Virus record (IMG/VR): IMGVR_UViG_2867988698_000004
Coordinates: 55,000 to 118,999 of that record
Reading direction: 5' to 3' (one strand)
DNA from: a virus
Lineage: Duplodnaviria > Caudoviricetes
Length of the DNA stretch: 64,000 nucleotides
Under the pieces are notes generated by a model. It was not told the DNA's origin, searched no databases, and was given only the letters and a program-made list of their open reading frames with translations. The position numbers and the translations under genes were made by a program. Shown here piece after piece: positions 54,786 through 64,000 of this stretch (its first letter is position 1; each line of letters begins with the position of its first letter).

Positions 54786-55240
54786 GGGTTCCTCGTGTCA
54801 GTCGGTGACGGGGTGGACGGCGCAGTGCTGGGGGTGGGTCGTCCGCTGGTCGGATCCGGTTTCGGCCGGTCCCGCCGCGGCGGCCGGGAGGTGGCCGTGC
54901 TGGGAGCGGGAGGCCGGGGCCTCCAGCCGCGCGGCGGGACCGGCCGGGGGCGGGGCGTGGCCGTGTCGCTCTCCCGGGCCGTCCGGCTCGGGGTGACCAC
55001 CGTCGAGGGGGCGGCCGGGCTGGTGGGCGCCGCAGCGGCAGGGGCGTCGCCGCGGGCGGGCTTCGGCTGGCCGCCGGTCAGCGCGGATGCCGCGGCGTGC
55101 CCGGCGGCGGTCAGCAGCAGACCGGCCGCCACCGCGACCGCGCCCATGGTCAGCGACTCGCTGAGGCGGGGCGGGGCGGCGTGACGTGGGGTGTGCTGCC
55201 CCACCCACACGGGGCGGGCGGGGGTGGGCGGGTCAGCCAT
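54782..55240 (-). CDS. Pro-rich membrane protein
   Basis: One TM helix then Pro/Thr-rich tail. Confidence 0.5.
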   Translation of the reverse strand: MADPPTPARPVWVGQHTPRHAAPPRLSESLTMGAVAVAAGLLLTAAGHAAASALTGGQPKPARGDAPAAAAPTSPAAPSTVVTPSRTARESDTATPRPRPVPPRGWRPRPPAPSTATSRPPRRDRPKPDPTSGRPTPSTAPSTPSPTDTRNP

Positions 55241-55559
55241 TACGGCCCCTCCTCCTGCTGCTGGTGCTCTTGGTGAGCGGAACGTTGGTCGGCGGGTGCT
55301 GGAGCTTGAGCTGGCAGGTGGCCTGGTGGGGCATGTAGACCTTCTCCAGGGGGTGCCAGTTCTGGCGGGGCCCGGCGGTCGAGACGGCTCGGGATCGGAG
55401 CACGCCGTGGTGGTCCTTGTAGGCCAGCACCGATCCCTTTGCGTTCGGGGTCGGGTCGAGGGGCTGGCGGTATCCGGCCTGGGTGGTGGCCCAGAGAATC
55501 GGCTCCCCGCACAGGTCACAGGTCGGTGCGCTGCGGTGGGGACGGCGGCGCCTACCCAT
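55233..55559 (-). CDS. Hypothetical zinc-binding protein
   Basis: CDLCGEPILW...PHQATC. Confidence 0.65.
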   Translation of the reverse strand: MGRRRRPHRSAPTCDLCGEPILWATTQAGYRQPLDPTPNAKGSVLAYKDHHGVLRSRAVSTAGPRQNWHPLEKVYMPHQATCQLKLQHPPTNVPLTKSTSSRRRGRNG

Positions 55560-55845
55560 ACGCCACCTCCCCGGCCTTCTCCCGGGCCTTGGCCGCTTTG
55601 GCCGCTTTGCGGTACGCCTCGCGTTCGCTGAGGGTGGATCCGCCCCACACCCCCGAGGTGGTCAGGCGCGGGTTGTCCAGCGCGTACCGCAGGCACTGGC
55701 GGCGTACCGGGCAGGGCCGGCAGACGGCCCGTGCACGTTCCAGCTGCCCCTTGGGAATGTGGTCGCCCTCACCGCGCGGCTGGAACAGGTTGGGGTCGGC
55801 GTCCTTGCAGGCGGCGCGGCTCATCCAGCGGTCGTCCATAGTCAC
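55552..55845 (-). CDS. whiB: WhiB-family transcription factor
   Basis: WMSRAAC..DPNLF, VCRPCPVRRQCL, GVWGG. Confidence 0.92.
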   Translation of the reverse strand: MTMDDRWMSRAACKDADPNLFQPRGEGDHIPKGQLERARAVCRPCPVRRQCLRYALDNPRLTTSGVWGGSTLSEREAYRKAAKAAKAREKAGEVAYG

Positions 55846-56287
55846 CGCCCTCCTCGGCGGGTGGTGTTGCCGGTGGTGCCCGCGGCCTGGCCGGAGCGGT
55901 CACGGCCAAGCCGCGGGTGCTGAGGGGCCCGGCCACACCCGGGGAGGGTGGGGAGGTGTGGCCGGGCCGTCCCGGAACCGCCCGCCCCCCAGGGGGCGGC
56001 TCCGGGTGCGCTGGAGGGGCACATCCGCAGGGGTCGGGTATGCGGCAGCCCGCGCTCCAGCGCGTCCAGGGCTCGGCAGGCGACCAGCGACCGGCGGGTG
56101 GGGTGCCGGTCCGGAGCGCTGCTGGTCATCTCTGCCGTCCCTGGAGTCGAGAGAAGGGGGTTACTGGTCGTCGCGGTCGTGGTGGGGGGCGCGGTCGCAC
56201 CACAGGTCGGTGCCGGTGGCGCTGCCGGGCCGGGTCACCGCGAGCACCGCGGCGAGGACGGCGACGGCCGCCACCAGCAGTCCCGGG

Positions 56288-56656
56288 TCAGGCATGGCCG
56301 GCCTCCCTGCTGGTGTGCGTCAGCAGGTCCGTGATGGCGTCCACCCCACGGGCGACCCGGCCGAGGGCGTCAGCGGCACGGTGGTCGCCCCGGCGTGCGG
56401 CGTGCCGCTGCAGGGCGTGAAGGCGGGCGGCGCGGGCTCGGGCCAGGGCGACGTCGTCGCCTTCCTGCTGCAGCTGTTCCCAGACGCAGTCCACGGCGAT
56501 GGTGGCGATGGCGTCGGCCTCACCGCCGGACAGGTGGACCGCGCCGCCGTCCATGGCGATCAGCAGGGCGTTCGGGCCGAGCCGGAGCAGGACGCCCTGG
56601 CGGACCCGGTCGGAGATCCTGCGGTGCAGGCCCTCATCCAGCAGGGCGGTGGTCAT
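56288..56656 (-). CDS. Hypothetical protein
   Basis: GGAGAG RBS, ATGA overlap. Confidence 0.55.
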   Translation of the reverse strand: MTTALLDEGLHRRISDRVRQGVLLRLGPNALLIAMDGGAVHLSGGEADAIATIAVDCVWEQLQQEGDDVALARARAARLHALQRHAARRGDHRAADALGRVARGVDAITDLLTHTSREAGHA

Positions 56657-56985
56657 GGGGTCTCTCCGCAGCTGAGGGCCAGCAGCAGGGCGGACTCCCG
56701 GCGGCGCTCGGTGCCGCGCTGCAGCACCACCCCGTCCCAGGTGTCGGATTCGATGGGCTGCCAGCCCAGGGCGCGCAGCGTCGCGCGCCGCTCGGCCAGT
56801 CGGCGGCTGGCGGACATCCACTCCCCCTGCTGGTCGCTGATGGGGGTGCTGCGGTGCAGGTACCAGCCGTTGCGTTCGTAGACGGCGCTGGCCTGGTGCC
56901 TCATGAGGATCCAGGTGCCGTGCTCGGTGCGGGCCTCGTATCGGCCGTCACCGATGCGGGTCCAGGAGACGGGAACGGAGGGCAT
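56653..56985 (-). CDS. Hypothetical protein
   Basis: GGAGGTG RBS. Confidence 0.55.
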   Translation of the reverse strand: MPSVPVSWTRIGDGRYEARTEHGTWILMRHQASAVYERNGWYLHRSTPISDQQGEWMSASRRLAERRATLRALGWQPIESDTWDGVVLQRGTERRRESALLLALSCGETP

Positions 56986-57150
56986 CAGGTGTTCACCTCC
57001 CGTGGGCGGAGCCGGTGTCGGCGCTGCGCGCGATGACGTCAGGGGGCAGGGGGCGGGCGTGGTCGGTCAGGCGCGGCCCGTCCTCCGGCGGCGGGGTGTC
57101 GGCCTGGGCGCGGCCCGCACGGTCGCCGCCGCTGCCGGTGGTGGGGGTGC

Positions 57151-57540
57151 TCATCGGCGGCCCCCGCCGGTCAGGTAGTTGCGGACCTTGGGGGCCTGGT
57201 CCGGGCACAGGTGCTGGGTGGCGGCGCGGATCACCACGCGGGTGTCGTAGGCGCTGATCCCGCTGACCGGGACGGGGGTCACCGTGGGCTCGGGGCGCAT
57301 CTGGAGCCCGCCGCACATTCCCTGCCCGATGGCGACCAGCTCGTCGTAGGGCCGGTTGCCGATCTGGCGGGACCACCTGCGCACCTGGGCGGTGTAGGCG
57401 GCCTCAGCGTCCACGTTCCGCGCCGTCACGCCAGGGGCAGGGGTGCTGGTGGGGGTGACGGCCGGTCCCGCGAGGGGGGCGGCGGCCAGCACCAGCGCGA
57501 CCAGGACGGCGCCGCCGGCGAGAGCGACCCGGCGAGTCAC
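57151..57540 (-). CDS. Secreted DUF732-like protein
   Basis: Signal peptide; LVAIGQGMC...AATQHLCP. Confidence 0.55.
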   Translation of the reverse strand: MTRRVALAGGAVLVALVLAAAPLAGPAVTPTSTPAPGVTARNVDAEAAYTAQVRRWSRQIGNRPYDELVAIGQGMCGGLQMRPEPTVTPVPVSGISAYDTRVVIRAATQHLCPDQAPKVRNYLTGGGRR

Positions 57541-57890
57541 AGGGAGCCTCCAGGGTGGTAGCGGTCGATCAGGTGGTTTAGGTCCCGCGTCGTCTCCTCG
57601 GGGGTGTCGGCGCGGGCGAGGAGGTCTTGGAGGGCGGCCAGCAGCGCGTCCCGAGCCTGCTCGGCGGCGCGCTGCTGGTCCTGCGCGTGGGTGATGCGGG
57701 TGCGGGCCGCCTCCGCCTGCGCGACCGCGAGGTCGAGCTGGTCGGCGAGGCCGCCGCACCGCTCCTGCTGCACCTGCGCCACCGCCACGTACAGGCCGCG
57801 GCGGGGCGGGTAGATCCTGGCGAGCGTCCAGGTGGCGGCGAGGCTGGCGGGCCAGCCCAGCAGCACGGCGAACAGCAGGAGCGCGCCCAC
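57537..57890 (-). CDS. Membrane-anchored coiled-coil protein
   Basis: N-terminal TM then heptad pattern. Confidence 0.5.
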   Translation of the reverse strand: MGALLLFAVLLGWPASLAATWTLARIYPPRRGLYVAVAQVQQERCGGLADQLDLAVAQAEAARTRITHAQDQQRAAEQARDALLAALQDLLARADTPEETTRDLNHLIDRYHPGGSL

Positions 57891-57892
57891 GG

Positions 57893-58456
57893 CTACGCCC
57901 TGGCCGGTGCGGTGCGGGGCGCGTCGGCTCCGGCCACGGGCCGGTCCCCGGCCGGGGCCGGCGGGACGTTCGGCGTGGCCGGGTAGGCGGGCTGTCCCTG
58001 CGGCGGGGTCTGCCGCTGGGACTCCTCCACCTCCTCCAGCCGGTCGGGCGCGATCAGCTGCAGAAGGTGCCGCAGGTCCTCGGTCTGGTCGCTGGTCTCC
58101 TTGTGCGCGATGACCAGGCCGTCGCGCTCGGCGGTCTTGACCTGCAGAACCTGGCCAGCCCGTTCGGCGTCCTGGCGGGTGCGGGCCAGCTCGGCCTCCA
58201 GCCGGGTGATCTCGGCCTCGCGGTCCCCGATGTGGCGCTGCACCTCGCCGATCTCTTCGTTCAGGTGGGTGATCTGGCGGGCGCCGTCCCGCTGGGTCGC
58301 CAGCAGCTGCCGGTACATGTCCAAGAAGCGGGTGATGGTGCCCGGGGACTTGAACGACAGCACCGGCACCTGCGGGGTGCCGTTCGACGTCGTGGCCGGG
58401 GCACCGTTGGTGCTGTCCAGTTGGCCGACGGAGGAGTTGGGGCGGCTGATACGCAT
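57893..58456 (-). CDS. Coiled-coil hypothetical protein
   Basis: GGAG RBS; heptad repeats. Confidence 0.6.
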   Translation of the reverse strand: MRISRPNSSVGQLDSTNGAPATTSNGTPQVPVLSFKSPGTITRFLDMYRQLLATQRDGARQITHLNEEIGEVQRHIGDREAEITRLEAELARTRQDAERAGQVLQVKTAERDGLVIAHKETSDQTEDLRHLLQLIAPDRLEEVEESQRQTPPQGQPAYPATPNVPPAPAGDRPVAGADAPRTAPARA

Positions 58457-58485
58457 GGTTGTTGCTCCAATCAGTTGGGGGGCGG

Positions 58486-58529
58486 CGGCTGAGGGGGTGC
58501 CGCGAGCGGGCGGGGCACCCCCTCAGCCG
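58486..58529 (-). terminator. Hairpin terminator
   Basis: 16-bp stem CGGCTGAGGGGGTGCC/GGCACCCCCTCAGCCG. Confidence 0.6.
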
Positions 58530-58531
58530 GG

Positions 58532-58792
58532 TCAGGTCGGCTCCCTGTCCGGGGGCCGCTGGTCGGCGGCGTCGGCCGCCTGGCGGGGGCTGGGGGTCTC
58601 CAGCCAGTTCAGGAGTTCCTCGACCGGGCTCCGCCAGGTCACCCGGTCGAGGGTGTCGGCGGGGACGACCCGGGCCGGTTCGATCTCGGCGGTCATCCAT
58701 TCGGCGAACCGCTCGGCCAGCGGCAGCCGCTCCCGGGCAAACGGGCCGTAGGCGATCCGGCCCTCCTCGAGGGTGATGAGCACGGCCCACAT
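58532..58792 (-). CDS. Hypothetical protein
   Basis: TGATG coupling to the upstream gene. Confidence 0.55.
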   Translation of the reverse strand: MWAVLITLEEGRIAYGPFARERLPLAERFAEWMTAEIEPARVVPADTLDRVTWRSPVEELLNWLETPSPRQAADAADQRPPDREPT

Positions 58793-59576
58793 CAGGAACC
58801 GCCTCCGATCGGCAGGGCGGTGACGGTGGCAGCGGTGGCGTCGTCGGCGGCGCGGCGGACCGCGTCGGCCAGCCAGACCGGCAGGGAGCACCTGCCGGGG
58901 TCCATGCCGAGGGCCCGCCGTACCTGGGTGTGCATCTGGGTCAGGTCGTCTACGGTCGGCAGGGACGCGGGGTGGCCGCCGTCGTCACGCACCTGCCAGC
59001 CGGTCAGGACGACCGGCCCGGCGCACACCCACACGTCCGCGCCGAACACCCGCGTCAGCACGGACCCGACCAGGTTGCGGGGGTAGCGGTCCGGCTGGGC
59101 CTGAGCGTTGCGGGCGACCCAGCCGACCAGCCCGGGTCCGGGGTGCAGCGGGATACGGGTCGCGTCGCCGTCCAGCTCTGCCCGCCACTCCCCCGTCTTG
59201 ATCTCGAGGTCACCGTCCGGGGTGATCAGCGCGTAGGTGATGCCCGGGGGGCGGGGGGCGTCGCGTCGGATCTGGTGGTCGGGGACCTCGACCGCAGCGA
59301 CGACCACTTCCCAGTGGCCTCGCCGCTTGGGGTGCGGGAACACCCAGGGGCGGCCGGTGTCAGCGCTGGTCAGCCGGTACTGGTGGGAGCCGTGCTCCTC
59401 CCAGACGGCTCCCTCGGTGCGGACGAAGTTGCCCAGCAGCCAGGTGTCGGCGGCGGTCATGGCCTCTACCGGGGTGGCCCAGGGGCCGATCTCCTCGGGG
59501 GCCTGCCGCTGGGGCGGCTGCGGCACCTGCGGGTGGTCCCCCTTGATGGGGCGGATGTAGGCGGTCCAGGCGATCG

Positions 59577-59580
<4 letters not shown>
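58792..59580 (-). CDS. Hypothetical protein
   Basis: Coupled to recT; YPRNLVGS...AGPVVLTG. Confidence 0.65.
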
Positions 59581-60511
<931 letters not shown>

Positions 60512-60515
<4 letters not shown>

Positions 60516-61486
60516 CGGGCAGCCTTCCGGAGGATCTTGGAGTCGAACTGGCGGTATCGGGTCTCGGTGACGGTGTCGGCGGCGGCGTCGGGGTGCCGCT
60601 CCCGCAGGGCCTTGATGTCGGCCCTGGCCTTGGCGCGGTTGTTGCGGGTGGCCACCAGGACGCCGTCGTGATACGCCTCGGTGGCCTCGCCCATCTCGTA
60701 GGACATCTGGGCGCGCAGCTCCGCCTTGCGGGCGTCGGCGCTCTTCCACTGCTCGTGGACCTGGCTGTACTCCTCCAGCAGGGCCATGAACGCCTCATCG
60801 ACGTCCACCCGCTTGCCGGGGATGCCGGTCGGGAACAGGCGGTCGACCAGGTCCTCGGCGGCCTCGCCCTCCAGCGGCGGCGGGTTGCGGTCCACGACCC
60901 GCTGCCACAGGTCCGCCTCCATGAGGCGGATGTCGGCGATCAGCCCCTCATCCCGCTCCACGCGTCGGATAACCGGGGGTTCACCTCCGACCTGGGCGAT
61001 CACCCAGGCGTGGGTGCGGCCGGTGACGTCCATGTAGTGCTGGGACTGCGCCTCCGCACCGTCAGCGACCTCGTCGCCGGTCCACTCTCCGCGCCGCCAG
61101 TAGTTGGTGTTCTTGATCTCCAGCACCCCGCCGTCCGGGGTGAGGCCGTCGACGTTGGCGAGCTGCCAGGGACGCTGGCGGCTGCGGAGCATCCCCGGCT
61201 TGACGACGGGCAGGCCGGTCCGCTCGGTGAACCACTCGCGGATGGCGGGCTCCACGATCTGCCCCCAGCGCATCCTGTTGTTGGGCCGCCGCTCGGGCAG
61301 ACGGCCGAGCTTGTCCAGGTAGACCTCCAGGCGGCTCTTGTCGGGGTCGAGGCCCAGGCAGGCCAGCGCCTCGGAGCCGCCGATGCCGGTCCGGCGGGCC
61401 TGCAGCCACACCGGGCGTGGCGCGTCCGGCTCCAGTAGCACCTGGCACATCCCGCCCAGATCGGCCTGCAGCAGCGCCGGGGTCAT
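60512..61486 (-). CDS. YqaJ-like viral recombination exonuclease
   Basis: WLQARRTGIGGSE, WGQIVE, ANVDG, LEIKN, QSQHYM. Confidence 0.9.
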
Positions 61487-61974
61487 CGCGTGCCCTCCGG
61501 GGCGGCGGCCAGCAGGACGGCCAGGGTCTCCTTGACGCGGCGGGCGTAGGCGTCGCCGTTCTGCTGGGCGGCGTACAGCGCCGTCTGCAGGGCGGTGAAC
61601 ACGGCGCGGGCGGCGGCGGTCGGCAGGCCGGGCGCGAGGGTGGTCAGCGCCCGCGTGATGGTGGCCTCGGCCAGGTCGCGGTTGAAGGCGTCGCGGGCCA
61701 GGTCCATCCAGACCTGCGGCAGCTCGGCCGCGGTCGGCAGGACGATCTCGCCGGTCCCGTGCAGCGCCCGGTAGCAGCCGGGGCAGCCGTCCAGCAGCGG
61801 CGGCCCGTCCGGGTCGGGGTTGAGCATCGTGGCCAGGAACGGGCGGCCTCGCTGCCAGTCGGCGGGGCGGGCCGTGAAGCAGACCTCGCAGCGCGGCTGC
61901 TGGCCGAACGTCTGCGGGAAGATCACCGGCCGCTCGACCGGCGGCGGATTTTCAGGGATCTGCGTGAGGGGCAC
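61483..61974 (-). CDS. Hypothetical protein
   Basis: GAAAGGA RBS; CEVC and CPGC pairs. Confidence 0.6.
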   Translation of the reverse strand: MPLTQIPENPPPVERPVIFPQTFGQQPRCEVCFTARPADWQRGRPFLATMLNPDPDGPPLLDGCPGCYRALHGTGEIVLPTAAELPQVWMDLARDAFNRDLAEATITRALTTLAPGLPTAAARAVFTALQTALYAAQQNGDAYARRVKETLAVLLAAAPEGTR

Positions 61975-61989
61975 GGTTGTCCTTTCGGG

Positions 61990-62031
61990 TCGTGGTGGGG
62001 ACACGAACGTTCGTGGTGGAGACACGAACGT
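61990..62031. repeat. Tandem 21-bp repeat, operator-like
   Basis: TCGTGGTGG(G/A)GACACGAACGT x2. Confidence 0.65.
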
Positions 62032-62036
62032 GCTGG

Positions 62037-62492
62037 TCAGGAGCGGCGTCGGGAGTCCCGGCGCGGAGGGGCGGGCTCGCGGGCGGCGTCGGCGACGAGC
62101 TTTTCGATCTGCTCGTGGGTGAAGCCGATCTCGCGGCCGACCTGCGTGTAGGCGATCTGGCCCTGGCTGGCCCGGTTCCGCAGGGTCCGCGCGGACACCC
62201 CCGGGAGCAGCGCCGCGACGTATTCAGGGGTGTGGGTGTGCGCGATGGTGACCGTGCAGTCCTCGATGGCCGCCAGCTGCGGGTCGGCTCCGATCAGCTC
62301 CTCCTCCGACACCTCGGCCGCCCTGGCGAAGTCCCGGATGACGTGCAGGGACACCGGGCGTCCGCGGAGCGCCGACCGCACCGTGCTGGGGTGCCGGCCG
62401 GAGCGCTCGGCGAGGTTGCGGATGTCCTCGGCCGTGCCGCACAGCTCCCGTAGGCGCAGCACGTTGGGAGAGACCACACGTGTTGGAGGCAT
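62037..62492 (-). CDS. Cro-like XRE HTH fused to an excisionase-like HTH
   Basis: LAERSGRHPSTVRSALRG; TPEYVAALL.GVSARTLRN...YTQVGREIGF. Confidence 0.7.
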   Translation of the reverse strand: MPPTRVVSPNVLRLRELCGTAEDIRNLAERSGRHPSTVRSALRGRPVSLHVIRDFARAAEVSEEELIGADPQLAAIEDCTVTIAHTHTPEYVAALLPGVSARTLRNRASQGQIAYTQVGREIGFTHEQIEKLVADAAREPAPPRRDSRRRS

Positions 62493-62499
62493 GTGGGAG

Positions 62500-62528
62500 A
62501 GAGTAGGACTCATTAAGAGTCAACGCAA
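62500..62528 (-). promoter_or_regulatory. Early (lytic) promoter with operator in the spacer
   Basis: TTGCGT-17 nt-TACTCT, 7 nt before ATG; spacer holds GACTC-N5-GAGTC. Confidence 0.7.
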
Positions 62529-62734
62529 GAGCTAGTGAGAGTTGATGAGAGTCACAGGGAGTCGTGATAGGTCGTCGGTGGTCGCGAGGGGGCGGTAGAG
62601 GGGGATGGTGTTGTTTCCATCACCGAAACGAGATGCTGCGATCAACGGCTCTCAGGGCTAGCCTGAGCGAGTCCTACTCACTCCGACTCGCTCACTCCGG
62701 CTCGGGCTCGCGCCGGCGTCGACGGAGGGCTCTG

Positions 62735-63196
62735 ATGGCGGCCACCTCGATACCCCAGGGCGACTGGCAGCGCCTGGGGGATCTGCTGATCTCCCGCCGG
62801 GTCGAACTCGGCTACCAGGAGCGCAGCGCCTGGTGCAAAGCGACCGGACTGAACTACAAGACGGTCACCGACATCGAGCTGGCCAAGCGAAGCAACTTCG
62901 GCCCCCAGATGCTGGCGAAGATCGAGCTGGCCTACCAGTGGGAGCCGGGCAGCATCAAGCGGGTCCTGCAGGGTGGCCCGCCCGTTCCCCGGCGCACGGA
63001 GGAGAGGGACGCCGACCGCTACCCAGAAGGCGTGGGCGGCGACCCGTTTTTGGAGTACATCTGGGACTACCCCGAGGCCAGCGACCTGGAGCGCCGCACG
63101 GCCGTCAGGGCGGTGCAGGAGCTGCGGCGGGCGGCGTTGGACGCGGCGCGCGAGGCCCTTGAAACGGGCGTCATCCGACTCCGTCAGGCAGAATGA
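62735..63196 (+). CDS. Immunity repressor
   Basis: WQRLGDLLISRRVELG...YKTVTDIE...KIELAYQWEPGSI; GGAGG RBS; divergent from the Cro-like gene. Confidence 0.75.
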   Translation: MAATSIPQGDWQRLGDLLISRRVELGYQERSAWCKATGLNYKTVTDIELAKRSNFGPQMLAKIELAYQWEPGSIKRVLQGGPPVPRRTEERDADRYPEGVGGDPFLEYIWDYPEASDLERRTAVRAVQELRRAALDAAREALETGVIRLRQAE

Positions 63197-63308
63197 CAGT
63201 AACGGTCATAACGGATGAGTAAAAACGTCGGTTTTATGCGCCGTAATAGTCGGTTTGCTGCTTTGCTACCCGTCTGTCGAGAAGGACAGACTGGGGGTAA
63301 ACAGACTG

Positions 63309-64000
63309 GTGGGAAGAAGCATCGACGTACTGCAGGAACGAATCAACACCCTGGAGGCACGTCTCGCCGAGTTGCCCGCGCACGCGCAGGAGGAGCGCAT
63401 CCAGGCGCAGGCCGACCTGGTCGCCATGCGGGCTGCACTGAGAGTGCTGCAGGAGGACTACGAGGAACGCGCGAGATGGCGGCGCCGCGTGTTCTACGTG
63501 ATCAAGGGGGGAGCCGGAGCCATCGCCGCACCCGTGGCGGCCATGGCCGCCAGCCGCCACAGGACGCGAAGGGCGCGGCAAGCCTTGCAGTCCCGGCAGG
63601 GAGTCCTGCTGGCGGCAGGGGCCGCCGCCGCAGTGACGACCGGCGCGATAGCGGCGATCAACATGTCGGCAGAGGACAAGCGCTCCATAAGCCCACCGAC
63701 CCCGCCGGCGGCGATGCCCACGGCGCCGGGCACCCCCTCCGCCTCGCCGGGTACCCGCACCCCGTCCACATCGGGCAGCCCCCGGCCCGTCCCGCCCGTG
63801 GTGCCGTCGGGCGGGACGTTGCCGGGAGCGTCGCCCGCGCCGTCGCAGACGACCACTCCTGAGGGCACGGCGCGCCCCTCGCGGACCCCCGTACGCCCCC
63901 GCCCCGCTGACCCCGACAAGCCCCAACGTCCCCACCCCTCACCCCCGCCCCCGACCTCGTCCCCGCCTCCGGCGGGTGACCCGGTCTCCCACTGCATCAT
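63309..64000 (+). CDS. Membrane-associated Pro-rich protein, runs off the window
   Basis: GTG GGA AGA AGC ATC...; coiled N-terminus, hydrophobic segments, Pro-rich tail; no stop seen. Confidence 0.55.
   Translation, partial: MGRSIDVLQERINTLEARLAELPAHAQEERIQAQADLVAMRAALRVLQEDYEERARWRRRVFYVIKGGAGAIAAPVAAMAASRHRTRRARQALQSRQGVLLAAGAAAAVTTGAIAAINMSAEDKRSISPPTPPAAMPTAPGTPSASPGTRTPSTSGSPRPVPPVVPSGGTLPGASPAPSQTTTPEGTARPSRTPVRPRPADPDKPQRPHPSPPPPTSSPPPAGDPVSHCI

Noticed and set aside
62002-62015. LexA/SOS box
   Set aside because: CGAAC and GTTCG lack the 4-nt spacer of the actinobacterial SOS box.

Overview
High-GC actinomycete DNA almost entirely occupied by one temperate (probably siphovirus-like) prophage, mostly on the minus strand. 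Right to left: immunity switch (repressor/Cro-like, 62.0-63.2 kb); early, recombination and replication genes (YqaJ, RecT, WhiB, Lsr2-like, RusA, HTH initiator with iterons); an 11-kb translationally coupled candidate DNA-modification operon (2 ParB-N proteins, Gp88-like Fe-S protein, cupin, short PP-loop/PAPS-reductase-like protein, class II glutamine amidotransferase, three tandem IbrA/PAPS-reductase paralogs, an inserted LAGLIDADG endonuclease, IbrB/ParB, aldehyde dehydrogenase) directly upstream of the terminase; portal; a MuF/2H-phosphoesterase/protease polyprotein; two capsid genes; major tail and neck genes. The late region carries many accessory inserts (pentapeptide-repeat protein, PIN protein, Stealth-like protein, HNH-helicase pair, XRE/PhyH/kinase cassette). 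At the left edge is a radical SAM/dTMP kinase/EEP/phosphotransferase cluster facing a CYTH gene. I saw no integrase, tape measure, lysin, tRNA, rRNA or CRISPR array. All calls come from reading motifs by eye; no searches were run.
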